From Candidatus Poribacteria bacterium (GTDB lineage Bacteria > Poribacteria > WGA-4E > WGA-3G), in contig CAXXLX010000001.1 of NCBI GenBank assembly GCA_963665235.2, forward strand, positions 3,840,001 through 3,904,000: DNA of 64,000 bases. The letters are read 5' to 3'. Shown in pieces: positions 47,278 through 56,800 of the stretch (position 1 is its first letter; each line of letters begins with the position of its first letter). Position numbers and translations under genes: made by a program. Under the pieces are notes generated by a model. The model was not told the DNA's origin, searched no databases, and saw nothing but the letters and a program-made list of their open reading frames with translations.

Positions 47278-48765
47278 CTACTCGTCGCTCGGCTTAATCG
47301 ATTCAAAATAACGTTTCACGTAGAACTTATACCCCAATGGAATCTGTTCTTGGGTGAGGGCATCTTCGGAAAGCTTCTGATATTTCATGTAGGCATCCTT
47401 ATAGCTGAGTGCGGATTGTTGTCCTTCAGCAGAGACCTCATCCGTTTGGACAGTAGAATCCCCTTCCCCCTGGACACCGGTGACGTGTTCGAGGTTCAGT
47501 TGAGAATCGAGTGAAGTGCGCTGTCCATGTTGGGTTGCGGAGGTTTGTTCACCTGCACCTTCGCTAGGTCTATTACTAAGTCGCTGTGTTAAACCGAGCC
47601 CTTTGCCTTCTCCTTTGCCTTGGCAAGCTCCAGCGATACATGCTTTGCACGCTTCGCATTCGGCGAGCAGTTTTGCCAGTTGGAGGTTACGGTTTTTGAG
47701 CAGGCTAAAGTCGCTTATCTTTTTACCTGCAGCTCGGAGTCCTTTTTGCGTTCCCTCCATGTCGTTTGCCTCCAACGCTGTGCCTGCTTTTGATAATTCC
47801 CCGCCAAGGCCATCACTTTGGGTGCCTTTAAGGCTTTTGCCGGCGCGTTTGAGTTCATCAGAGAGGTTTTGCCGTTTTTCTGCGTCAAACTTCGGTACAT
47901 CTTTGGCGACCTTTTCAAGTTTTTGTGCGGCTTTTTGGTAATCCCCGATTTTTAGCTGCTGTCCGAATTCCCCGAGGATAGGATTGCCGATGAACTGCTG
48001 CGCAAGCTCCTTCATGAGCTTCTCTTGCTGTGCAAGCTTGGCGGGGTTAAGTTTCGTTTTCAACAAAGCACTTAGTTCTGTCATTCGTGCGAGTGCTTCC
48101 TTGGGGGCAATCTGCGGTTTTTTCAATTGAAGGGTTCGTTCTTCAATCTCTTTCAAAATCTCCTCAAGTTCAGCATCGTCGCTCTGTTCGGCTTCCTTCT
48201 TTGCCTCCTCAATTTTTTTCAATAAGGTGTCGGCTTCCGCTGCGATTTGCGGCGAGAAGTCAATTTCGGTTGAGGTCGCTGGCGGTGAGAAAAACTCTAC
48301 AAACGAGAAAGTGATGAGAAAAATCGCTATAATCGCGATAAATTTGGTTTGACGCGGCACAGTGTATCGCGCAACCTGTTTAATGGGGATTGCTTCCAGT
48401 CTTTTAGACGTATCTTGCAGCTGAAGGGCAGTCAGCGGCTCATCGGTTTTACGTTCAATCTGCTCCAATCCACTTACAACGCGGTCTTTAAGGGATGCGT
48501 CTATATCAATTGCGCGGGCTGCTTCGTAGAGATTGACAGGTCGAATGAGGCAGACGACGAGTGCAACCGCAGCAATACCGCACGCCACATAGAGGAATAC
48601 CAGCGGTGAGATGTTAAACGATGTGACGAAACTATCAACGATAACCACCGGTACACAGACCAAAAGTCCGTAAAATAGAAACATGGCGAGGGTTTGAAAA
48701 TATTTCTGGACGCTTAAGCGTCGGCGTACGCTGTGAATTTTTTCGAGAATCAATTTTTCCTGCAT
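47278..48765 (-). CDS. Membrane-anchored coiled-coil protein of the MoxR cluster
   Basis: AAGGAG RBS; 3 TM segments, L.DR, long coiled coil, C-terminal IP.GY..YVKRYF. Confidence 0.8.
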   Translation of the reverse strand: MQEKLILEKIHSVRRRLSVQKYFQTLAMFLFYGLLVCVPVVIVDSFVTSFNISPLVFLYVACGIAAVALVVCLIRPVNLYEAARAIDIDASLKDRVVSGLEQIERKTDEPLTALQLQDTSKRLEAIPIKQVARYTVPRQTKFIAIIAIFLITFSFVEFFSPPATSTEIDFSPQIAAEADTLLKKIEEAKKEAEQSDDAELEEILKEIEERTLQLKKPQIAPKEALARMTELSALLKTKLNPAKLAQQEKLMKELAQQFIGNPILGEFGQQLKIGDYQKAAQKLEKVAKDVPKFDAEKRQNLSDELKRAGKSLKGTQSDGLGGELSKAGTALEANDMEGTQKGLRAAGKKISDFSLLKNRNLQLAKLLAECEACKACIAGACQGKGEGKGLGLTQRLSNRPSEGAGEQTSATQHGQRTSLDSQLNLEHVTGVQGEGDSTVQTDEVSAEGQQSALSYKDAYMKYQKLSEDALTQEQIPLGYKFYVKRYFESIKPSDE

Positions 48766-48879
48766 GAAGTTGTTCTCCTTGTAGAGGAATTCGCTGAAAA
48801 AATAGGCGAACTGTCGGTAAATACAGGTCACGGTTTTCGGAGAAAGGATTGCATCGGCCCCGTTCTCCGCGTCCATTTT

Positions 48880-49033
48880 AACCCAAATTGCTACTTATAA
48901 GTTTTTAGACCTGGAAACACCGTCTTTAATGAAGATATGCTGATAATTAGCTAATATTTGTCCCGTTCACTTCCAATTTGCACACAAATATGCACAATCT
49001 GGAAGATTATGCTACTATGTGGCAACTTGCGTT
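48880..49033. mobile_element. MITE-like element family B, copy 3 (inverted relative to B2)
   Basis: AACCCAAATTGC..GCAACTTGCGTT; ATTTT duplicated; near-exact reverse complement of 39538-39692. Confidence 0.87.
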
Positions 49034-49040
49034 ATTTTAT

Positions 49041-49070
49041 AGTATATCACATTTTTATGGGGAATGTCAA
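49041..49070 (-). promoter_or_regulatory. sigma70-type promoter for the MoxR cluster
   Basis: Minus strand TTGACA-18 bp-TATACT. Confidence 0.6.
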
Positions 49071-49090
49071 GTTTTTTTGGCTAGCTGACA

Positions 49091-50122
49091 TCAATCCACT
49101 TGCTTGATATGCCCCCATTGGATAGCGAGCTTGTCCAACGGAAACACACCCAGAAAACCCGGAGACCAATGCGGATGGTAGTCCCCCTTCGGATGCTTCG
49201 TTAGGTTTGTCAGACTACGACTATCCAGCCTATACCGATAGATTTCATAATTGGAAGTCGGAGCATCCAAGTCAGCTTTCATAGATAAAAGCACCGTCCG
49301 GTCGTCACCCATCCAACACTGTGTAGCGATGAGTGCATCGTTCCCGAAATCGTGTTCCTCACGATGCCCTGTGAATACGTTCTGAATGATGAGACGTACA
49401 GCAACAATACTCCAATCCCCGTTTCCCTTCCGTTCTGTTTCGCGATACATGATATAGGTGCCTGATGGAGACCAACTGGGGCCCCCTAAAAAGAAGTTGT
49501 GAGGTTTTCGGGGGCTGAACCGTTCTTTCCTTGTGCCATCCGCTTTCATAATCCAAATGTTTTCGCCATCCTTCCCCTCGTATTCATAAGCAAGCTGATT
49601 GCCTGATGGAGAGTAGTCCAGCCGGTGAACCCACCCTTTCCCGATATTGTCTGTCAGTTGGCGAAGGTTCGTGCCATCTAAGTCCATCGCATAGATATCC
49701 GCCTCGCCCGAACGATAACTCTTAAACGCAATCTGTTTGCCGTTTGGCGACACAACAGGGTGGCTATCTGTCGGATGGGTGTTCGGCACCTGGTCTGCCT
49801 CCGGAGCCCCTTTGACAGAGAGAATATAAAACTCGGAATCTTTGCCGATAGCTGCTCCTTTTGTTAGGTCTCGCACAAACATGACCTGTTTACCATCCGG
49901 AAACCAGCGCGGATTCCTATCATGAAATTCCGAATGCGTGAGCCGGTGAACGTTTCGACCGTTATCGTCCATCACGTAAAGCTGGCGGGTCCTCCCATCA
50001 CTACGCCTACTATTAAAAACAATCTTGGCGTGAGGGGTTTGTAGCAGCAGAAAAAGAAAAACAATGACCAGGATGGCACCGCACCAAAACCTACAGGACC
50101 CGACAAGAAGTTTATGTTTCAT
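49091..50122 (-). CDS. TolB-like (PD40) beta-propeller secreted protein with C-terminal 'VFPLDKLAIQWGHIK' tail
   Basis: Signal peptide; repeats P.WFPDGK, SPNGKQIAF, PSWSP, P.WSP. Confidence 0.85.
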   Translation of the reverse strand: MKHKLLVGSCRFWCGAILVIVFLFLLLQTPHAKIVFNSRRSDGRTRQLYVMDDNGRNVHRLTHSEFHDRNPRWFPDGKQVMFVRDLTKGAAIGKDSEFYILSVKGAPEADQVPNTHPTDSHPVVSPNGKQIAFKSYRSGEADIYAMDLDGTNLRQLTDNIGKGWVHRLDYSPSGNQLAYEYEGKDGENIWIMKADGTRKERFSPRKPHNFFLGGPSWSPSGTYIMYRETERKGNGDWSIVAVRLIIQNVFTGHREEHDFGNDALIATQCWMGDDRTVLLSMKADLDAPTSNYEIYRYRLDSRSLTNLTKHPKGDYHPHWSPGFLGVFPLDKLAIQWGHIKQVD

Positions 50123-50143
50123 GAGAAAACTCCTTTTGAGGAA

Positions 50144-50172
50144 TGCGGCTGCTCTGATGAGAGACAGCCGCG
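50144..50172. terminator. Hairpin GCGGCTG..CAGCCGC between co-oriented genes
   Basis: Inverted repeat without a clear T-tract. Confidence 0.35.
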
Positions 50173-50182
50173 ATTGGTTTCC

Positions 50183-51043
50183 CTATTCGTCCATTTCTAT
50201 GTCATCAAATGTTAGGTCCTGATACCCTTCTGCTTTGAATTTATCTTGTGGCTTCCATCCAACGTAGTGCGACACTGCCACCGTGGTCTCGGCTTCCACT
50301 CGGAACACATCTTCTTCTTCCCAGTCCCAATTTTTCAACCCATCATAAGACTTAGATGGGCTCTCAAGATCGACTAAGGGCTGGGTATCACCATCAGACA
50401 CTTTGCCCCTATTCACAACTAAAGGCAGCGTGTAAATGTCCTGAAGATGCTCGGCCTTCTCCCCGGGTTGTGTAATCCGGGTAATCCAAAGTTGGTATTT
50501 AAAAGCATAGAAGAGGTCCTGTCCTGTTATATTTGCAATCTCTCCGTATAGGTTCCAGTAGGCAGTAGCTCCGCGCCATCCTATTGAGGTGACTTCCGCA
50601 TGAACCCACGCCCCGGTGCTGCCCCCAAAGCCATTATCGGAATCTACAACGTCCGCCGTTGGGCGATAGGCTGTCACATCGTAGGACGCAGTGTCCGTTA
50701 GCGGCGCGTCCATTCTACAAGCGACCGCCTTGATTGTATGGCGGGTACCATAAACGGTGAGATCAAAGTGGGAGGGAATAGGAGTGAAAGACGCTTTTGT
50801 TTTGGCATGACCCCCATAGCTATAGCCTGCTAAAACATCATTAACATACCAGATAACGCTATAGTAGGGCTCATCCGTTTCCAATGTCGCGGTGTGTAGC
50901 ACAAGGCTACCGTCAACACGAATGTCATAATTCTTATCCTCGGGTTCCATTTTCAGAATCTCAAAACCCTCCGTGTAGCCCACAAAACCGAGGGTAAACA
51001 GTGCTGCGATTGTTGCGATGCTGAGCAATATCCTAAATTTCAT
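50183..51043 (-). CDS. Secreted hypothetical protein
   Basis: AGGAG RBS, signal peptide, Ig-like N-terminal part (PYYSV.WYVND ... HTIKA). Confidence 0.75.
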   Translation of the reverse strand: MKFRILLSIATIAALFTLGFVGYTEGFEILKMEPEDKNYDIRVDGSLVLHTATLETDEPYYSVIWYVNDVLAGYSYGGHAKTKASFTPIPSHFDLTVYGTRHTIKAVACRMDAPLTDTASYDVTAYRPTADVVDSDNGFGGSTGAWVHAEVTSIGWRGATAYWNLYGEIANITGQDLFYAFKYQLWITRITQPGEKAEHLQDIYTLPLVVNRGKVSDGDTQPLVDLESPSKSYDGLKNWDWEEEDVFRVEAETTVAVSHYVGWKPQDKFKAEGYQDLTFDDIEMDE

Positions 51044-51205
51044 GTTTCATCTCCTGTTGACACCAAGATAGGTGCCGGTAGTTTCTAAAATAAACAGTGA
51101 TCCCAAACTTCAAAGAGGGGTACCCAACAACAAACGCAGCGGGTTAATATATGGGGACCGCTCATGTCAAGCTGAGTTTGTTGTTTAATCGTAACATCTT
51201 TATTC

Positions 51206-51234
51206 ATTCTAAAATAAAGAGATAAAAAAGTCAA
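51206..51234 (-). promoter_or_regulatory. sigma70-type promoter
   Basis: Minus strand TTGACT-17 bp-TAGAAT. Confidence 0.6.
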
Positions 51235-51348
51235 GAAAAAATACTTGGCTCTTGGTAATTAGCTATTGGCTATTGGTTATTGGCAATTAGCAAGAAATAT
51301 AAGAAGAATCGCTAGCACAGCTCGCTCCTAACAAAAGAGGGTCTCCTT

Positions 51349-53532
51349 TTAATTCTGTTCAGTACTGTCGATTTTCAAATCCTCAAATGAGTTTCCATCC
51401 GTGTCGGTGATGCGGAGATAGAATCCCCAGCCGCCTATCTCCTCACATACCTTGATGAGAATGCTGTTTTTGCCTGCATTTAGGGTTACAGGAATAGTGT
51501 AATTGTCAATTTCTGCCGTATTCGTTTTCGTGTGTGAAAACACCTCTATCCCGTTCAACCAAATTACTCCTTGGTCATCGGAGTCAAATCGGAGTTGAAC
51601 TTCGCGTTCATCTGGGGAGGTTACAATTGCGAATGCATAAGCGATGCGCCAATCATCCTCTTCCCCGAGGCTGATGTAACCGTTTAGGATTTCATCTGCA
51701 TGTTTCCGCCAACGTATTTTCCCATATTTCCCATCGTATTCTGTTGTAGGGTCAATCTGTGGTAAATTTTCTGGGATGTACACTGTATCATATCCGATGC
51801 CATCCGTATTATCAAACGGTCCGAGAATTATCCAATCATCTTCTGCAACGAACCCGGTTTTTTGAATAAGTTCTTTCGCTTTTTCGGGCGCGTCATTTTC
51901 TCTGTAGAATTGCGCCAAAGCGAAAATAGCATTGAAACGTGCCGATGGATTGTGAGGCATATCGGCGATTAATCTCTCTAGCATGTCAACGTAACCCTCT
52001 TTATTCTTTACACGTCTTCCGATAGCGACGAGCCGGGCGAACCACTGACGTTCAAGATAAGGGGGTAATATTTCATCTAAGTTCGCGGCGATGACTTGAA
52101 AAGCCGCCTCATATATTCCATTGATGAGGAGTGCCTCGGTAAGGGTGAGTTCGTAAGCGAAACTTAATCTAAGCTCTGAGGCGTGCAGAGCGAATTCCAA
52201 AGCAACTTTAGGAAAAATGTTTTTGCTAAGTAGTTTTTCAGCTAGGGTGTGATATTCATCCACCCGCGCTCGCCTATTGATTTCTCTTTTTCGGATTTCA
52301 ATCCATCGCGTATAAGCAATTTCAGCTTTTTCTGTCTCACCAGCAGCTTTGTAAGCATCCCCTAAGAGCTCGTGTAGAATGGCACTTTTTTCCATTCTTG
52401 GTCTCAGCTCTTCAAGCAGCGTAACGAACGCCTCACCTGCGTCTCTGTCAGTGTAAAGTTTGTGGAGGGCACGAATTGCGTCGTTATGTTCGGCTTGTGT
52501 GAGGTGTGCGTCCAAGGCACGCAGATAGAGCTTTTCTGCTTCAGCAAAACGTTCGGTTTCGATATATATTTCGGCAAGATAACGGTAAGCCTCATAATAG
52601 TTAGTTTCACGCGTGAGGAATTCTTGATATGCGCTCGTTGCCGTGGCGAGTTGTTCCGTATCGGTTATGGCAACAACGGGCCGGATGTAATCAACCAGTT
52701 TTGCAGTGCCTATCAGTCTTCCATGGTTCCGATTCGGTGATGCATCGGAGACAATTCTGTCCGTTTGTTCGTCAAATTTCCAATATGCGACTAAACCGGG
52801 TTCATCGCCGTTAAGGTGTGCACGCATATCGGCGCGGATGTCAGCCTCAGTACGTGCGATATTCCAGACCCGTACCTCGTCGATGTTACCTACAAAAGCG
52901 GCGTGAAACGCCATTTCCTCTTCATGTGAACAGCCAATTCGGAGTGGCAGGATAGTTTTAAGGATATGTTCCTCCCCGTCAAAATCATCCATTGCGATCT
53001 CAATACCGTTTATATATAGTTTCATGACATCTTTTTCCGCATCAATGGTGCCTGCCACGTGGGACCATTCGTTTATCTCAAGTGCTCCTGGGCGCGACAT
53101 AAGGTATTGTGCGTCTTGCCCATTTGGAGATGTATCAAATTGAACAGCCCCATCATCCCTTAGCCAGAATGTGAATTGGCGATGCCTGATACCTGGGAGT
53201 CGCTTGTTACCTTTGAAAAGGATATTGGTATATCTTTTTGGAAAATCTGTCGGTTTGAGCCATGCGGATACCGTTACCTGTTTCGTAATGTTGTTTAATG
53301 TCTCACTGTCAAAGATTTCTACATAACTATCGTTGCCATCCAGTGCAAGGGCAGTATTCACGACAACCACATCGGATTCGGAAGGTTGACCGGTTTTTTC
53401 ACCATTTGCCCCCTCCTGCGCGAAAATGGGGGTGAAAACCGAAGAACTCAAGACGAACAGAGATAGGATGCAAATGAGCACTTTTTTGGTTCCAGAAACC
53501 TTCGGAGAGTGCCTACTACTCCGTTTTAGCAT
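51349..53532 (-). CDS. Secreted LamG + TPR + C-terminal beta-sandwich protein (727 aa)
   Basis: Signal peptide; LamG (AL.LDG, DEVRVWN.AR, LVAYWKFD); TPRs; W..LGPF / SDDQG..WLNG / G.N.IL.KV / GWGF..R domain. Confidence 0.85.
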   Translation of the reverse strand: MLKRSSRHSPKVSGTKKVLICILSLFVLSSSVFTPIFAQEGANGEKTGQPSESDVVVVNTALALDGNDSYVEIFDSETLNNITKQVTVSAWLKPTDFPKRYTNILFKGNKRLPGIRHRQFTFWLRDDGAVQFDTSPNGQDAQYLMSRPGALEINEWSHVAGTIDAEKDVMKLYINGIEIAMDDFDGEEHILKTILPLRIGCSHEEEMAFHAAFVGNIDEVRVWNIARTEADIRADMRAHLNGDEPGLVAYWKFDEQTDRIVSDASPNRNHGRLIGTAKLVDYIRPVVAITDTEQLATATSAYQEFLTRETNYYEAYRYLAEIYIETERFAEAEKLYLRALDAHLTQAEHNDAIRALHKLYTDRDAGEAFVTLLEELRPRMEKSAILHELLGDAYKAAGETEKAEIAYTRWIEIRKREINRRARVDEYHTLAEKLLSKNIFPKVALEFALHASELRLSFAYELTLTEALLINGIYEAAFQVIAANLDEILPPYLERQWFARLVAIGRRVKNKEGYVDMLERLIADMPHNPSARFNAIFALAQFYRENDAPEKAKELIQKTGFVAEDDWIILGPFDNTDGIGYDTVYIPENLPQIDPTTEYDGKYGKIRWRKHADEILNGYISLGEEDDWRIAYAFAIVTSPDEREVQLRFDSDDQGVIWLNGIEVFSHTKTNTAEIDNYTIPVTLNAGKNSILIKVCEEIGGWGFYLRITDTDGNSFEDLKIDSTEQN

Positions 53533-53554
53533 AGAAATAACCTCGTATTGTTTA

Positions 53555-53579
53555 ACGGCACACAGCGTGTCCCTACTAC
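53555..53579 (-). repeat. GTAG-type REP-like palindrome
   Basis: Minus strand GTAGTAGGGACACGCTGTGTGCCGT; half-copy at 53501-53520 inside the CDS. Confidence 0.6.
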
Positions 53580-53582
53580 TTT

Positions 53583-53893
53583 AACCTAAGTTGCCACATA
53601 GTAGCATAATCTTCCAGATTGTGCATATTTGTGTGCAAATTGGAAGTGAACGGGACAAATTAGCTAATTATCACGCGAGTTTGAAAAAAGTTTTGACCTA
53701 GAGCGTTCTCTGGTAGTTTTAGCAAAAAACGGCACAAACTAGGAAGTTTATGCTACAATTATACCGCTTTTTTCGCGGTGAAAAAGGTTTAGAGCAAACG
53801 GATATTTATTATCAAGCTCACGTTAATTATCAGCATATTTTCATTATAGAAGGTGTTTCCAGGTCTAAAAACTTATAAGTAGCAACTTGGGTT
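53583..53893. mobile_element. MITE-like element family B, copy 4 with nested family C element
   Basis: AACCTAAGTTGC..GCAACTTGGGTT; ACTTT duplicated (53578-82, 53894-98). Confidence 0.87.
53673..53823. mobile_element. MITE-like element family C (inside B4)
   Basis: TIR ACGCGAGTTTGA..TCAAGCTCACGT; TAATTATC duplicated; carries GCACAAACTAGGAAGTTTATGCTAC. Confidence 0.8.
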
Positions 53894-56800
53894 ACTTTAC
53901 CAGTTTCAAATCCGTAAACGGGTTTCCGTTTTGGTCAGTGATGCGGAGATAGAATCCCCAGCCGCCTGTCTGCTCGCATACCTTGACGAGAACGCTGTTT
54001 TTGCCTTTTTTGAGCGTCACAGGAACAGCGTATTTATCAATTCCTGCAGCATAGGTTTGGGTATGTGTAAACACCTTTTCACCGTTTAGGTAGAGTTTGC
54101 CCTGGTCATCGCTATCAAATCGGAATACGACCTGCCGTTCATCCGGTGATGTAATAGTTGTGAAGGCATAGGCGACCCGCCAGTCAAGGTTTTTCCCGAG
54201 CTCGATATAACCGTTCAAAACATCATCGTTAACTTTTTGCCAGCTGACGTATCCATTTCCCGCAGCATATTTTGCAGTCATGTCAATCTGGGTTAGATTT
54301 TCCGGGATGTAAGCGGTATTGTAACCGATACCATCGGTATTGTCAAAAGGCCCGAGATGCAGCCATTCATTTTCAGTGACGAAACCTGTTTTTTGAATCT
54401 GTGCTGCTGCTTCTTCATGCATATCATTTAGTTGATAAAATTCAGCCAGTACAATTTGTGCGTTTAGCAGGGCGGTTGCTTTGCCGGACATAGCCTCAAT
54501 TAATTTCTTCAGCATATCAATGTACCCGTGTTTGTCCTTTGTCCCTCTACCGATTTTGGCGAGCCGTACGAAAATGTCACGCTCAACAAATCCAAACATA
54601 TCGGTGTTTAGACCGCGTTCATACTGGACCAATGCATTCTCATGCTGGTCATTGGCGAGATATGCGTGTGCTAGGGTCACAACATAACTTGAGTTGGAGC
54701 TGCTTTGTGCAGCGCGTTCCGCATATTCCAACGCCACTTCTGGATAAACACCCCTTCTAAGCAGTTGTGTAGCAAAATCGTGATAGGTCCGGGCATCTTG
54801 GCGTTGGTTTATCTCTCTCCGTCGAAGTCGAAACCACTGTGTATTGGCAACTTCGGCTTTATCAGCATCCCCCGCTTCTTCGTAGGCATCGCCTAAGAGT
54901 TCATAGAGACGTGCACTGTTTTCTATTTTTTCTCTTAGTTCTTCAAGGAGTGCAACGCCTTTGTCTTGCTTCTCCGTGTTAGCGTAAAATGCCCAGATAG
55001 CTTGAATTGCATCATCGCGGTTACGCTGTGTAAGGGGTGCATCCAATGCCCGGAGATATACCGCCTCTGCATCTGATGAACGGTCCTGTTTCGCATAGAC
55101 CTCTGCTAAAGAACGGTATAATTGATAAGAGGTTGGGTCAATTTCAATCGCTTTTTCATAAGCTGCAGCTGCTTTTGTTAATTGCACACTTCTTGTAGTC
55201 TCGAAAATTGGACGGGTGTAAGGTGCAAATTTGGCATCTCCGATAAGTCTGCCGTGATTTTTATTAGCGGAAACGTCAAGGACCACTCCTTCCGTTTCCC
55301 CATCAAGTTTCCAGTATGCAACCAAACCGGGTTCATCCCCCTTCAGCTCCGTATTCATATTTGCGCGTATTTCAGCGTCTGTGCGTGCGATATTCCAAAT
55401 ACGCACCTCATCCATGAAGCCGACGAAAGGCGATTGTGTCGGTCTTTCCTCCTCATGTGTCCAGCCAATCCGAAGCGGGAACTGACTTTCATAAAAACTT
55501 TGTTCACCACTCAAGGTAGTACTGCCTACCTCAATTCCGTTGATAAACAGTTTTATGGAATCTCTTTTGGCATCAATAACGCCAGCGATGTGATACCATG
55601 TGTTGAGTTGAACAGTTCCGGTATCTGAATAGTATGACCTTTGTCCGCGTCCGTCCGGCGAAGAAGCGATTTGAACCTTCCCATCCTCTCGAAGATACAA
55701 GATATAGCTTCGATGACTGAAATCTGACGTTAGTTCGTCCCCTTTAAATATGATTGGCGTATATCTGTTCGGAAATGCAGTCGGTTTCATCCAAAGGGAT
55801 ACCGTCACCTGCTGTGTGATATTTCTCAAGGTGTCGGTGTTATCTACCTCTACGAAGCTCCTATTTCCATCAAGTTGCAGGGCGGTATTTTCAAGGATTT
55901 CTCCTGTTGGATGTTGCTGCACAGTTCCCGTTTGATAGAGCTCGCCTAATTTCTGCTGCCATTGTGCGGTATCAGGTTGGAGTTCGCTGAGCTTCTGATA
56001 TTGTGCAATTGTTTCATCAATCTTGTTGACCTTTTCATAAGTTTGGGCGAGCGCGAGACGTGCGTCTGGGTCATTAGGGTTTTCCTCAACCTTTTTCAGC
56101 AGTTTGGGTATCCATTTTTCATAAAGGTTGCCCAACCTTGATGCACTTTCTATCCTCTTTCTGGCTTCCTCTCTATCCCAAGAATATCTCGCCATGTTTT
56201 CCACTTGCTGATATGCATACACAGCTTCTTCATATCGTTTTGCGGCATATAAACTTTTCGCGAGAAGTTGGTATGCAGATTTTTCGGGTGAACCTGTACG
56301 GTATATCAGCATATCGACATTTTCAGCGATTGCAGCATCAGCAAATTTAATTGCCGGGTCGTACAATTTACCGTTGTAACAGACATCCCCGAGCTCTTCA
56401 AGGAGAGAGCTACTTCCCTTCCGATGGCTGACTGAAAGCGCGCTTTCACCTCGGTTTAACATCTCGTTCGCTAACTCAGATTGTCCATCTCTATTATATG
56501 CAGCAGCTGCGTTGTAATAGCTAAGAACGTTGTCGGGTTGTAGTTTGCTGATTGCTTTATACATCTCAGCAGCCTTGCCGTGGTCGTTTGCCCGCTTGTA
56601 AATTTCAGCAAGCATTTCCATATCATTAATAATATCCTTGGGCTCGTTCTCAAGTCTTGCATTAAATATTGATTTCAAAGTCTCAAGTTTGTTTTCCTTA
56701 TCGTAAGCATTGATTAGTCTGTTTCTTGCCAACTCAGCAGAATTGGAAATTGATACAGAAAAGGCGAGTTCATCATGCGTTTTGATGGCTGCCTCGTCAT

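Noticed and set aside
48766-48876. N-terminal extension of the 532-aa ORF
   Set aside because: A strong AAGGAG RBS precedes the ATG at 48765; the upstream ATG abuts the MITE target duplication.
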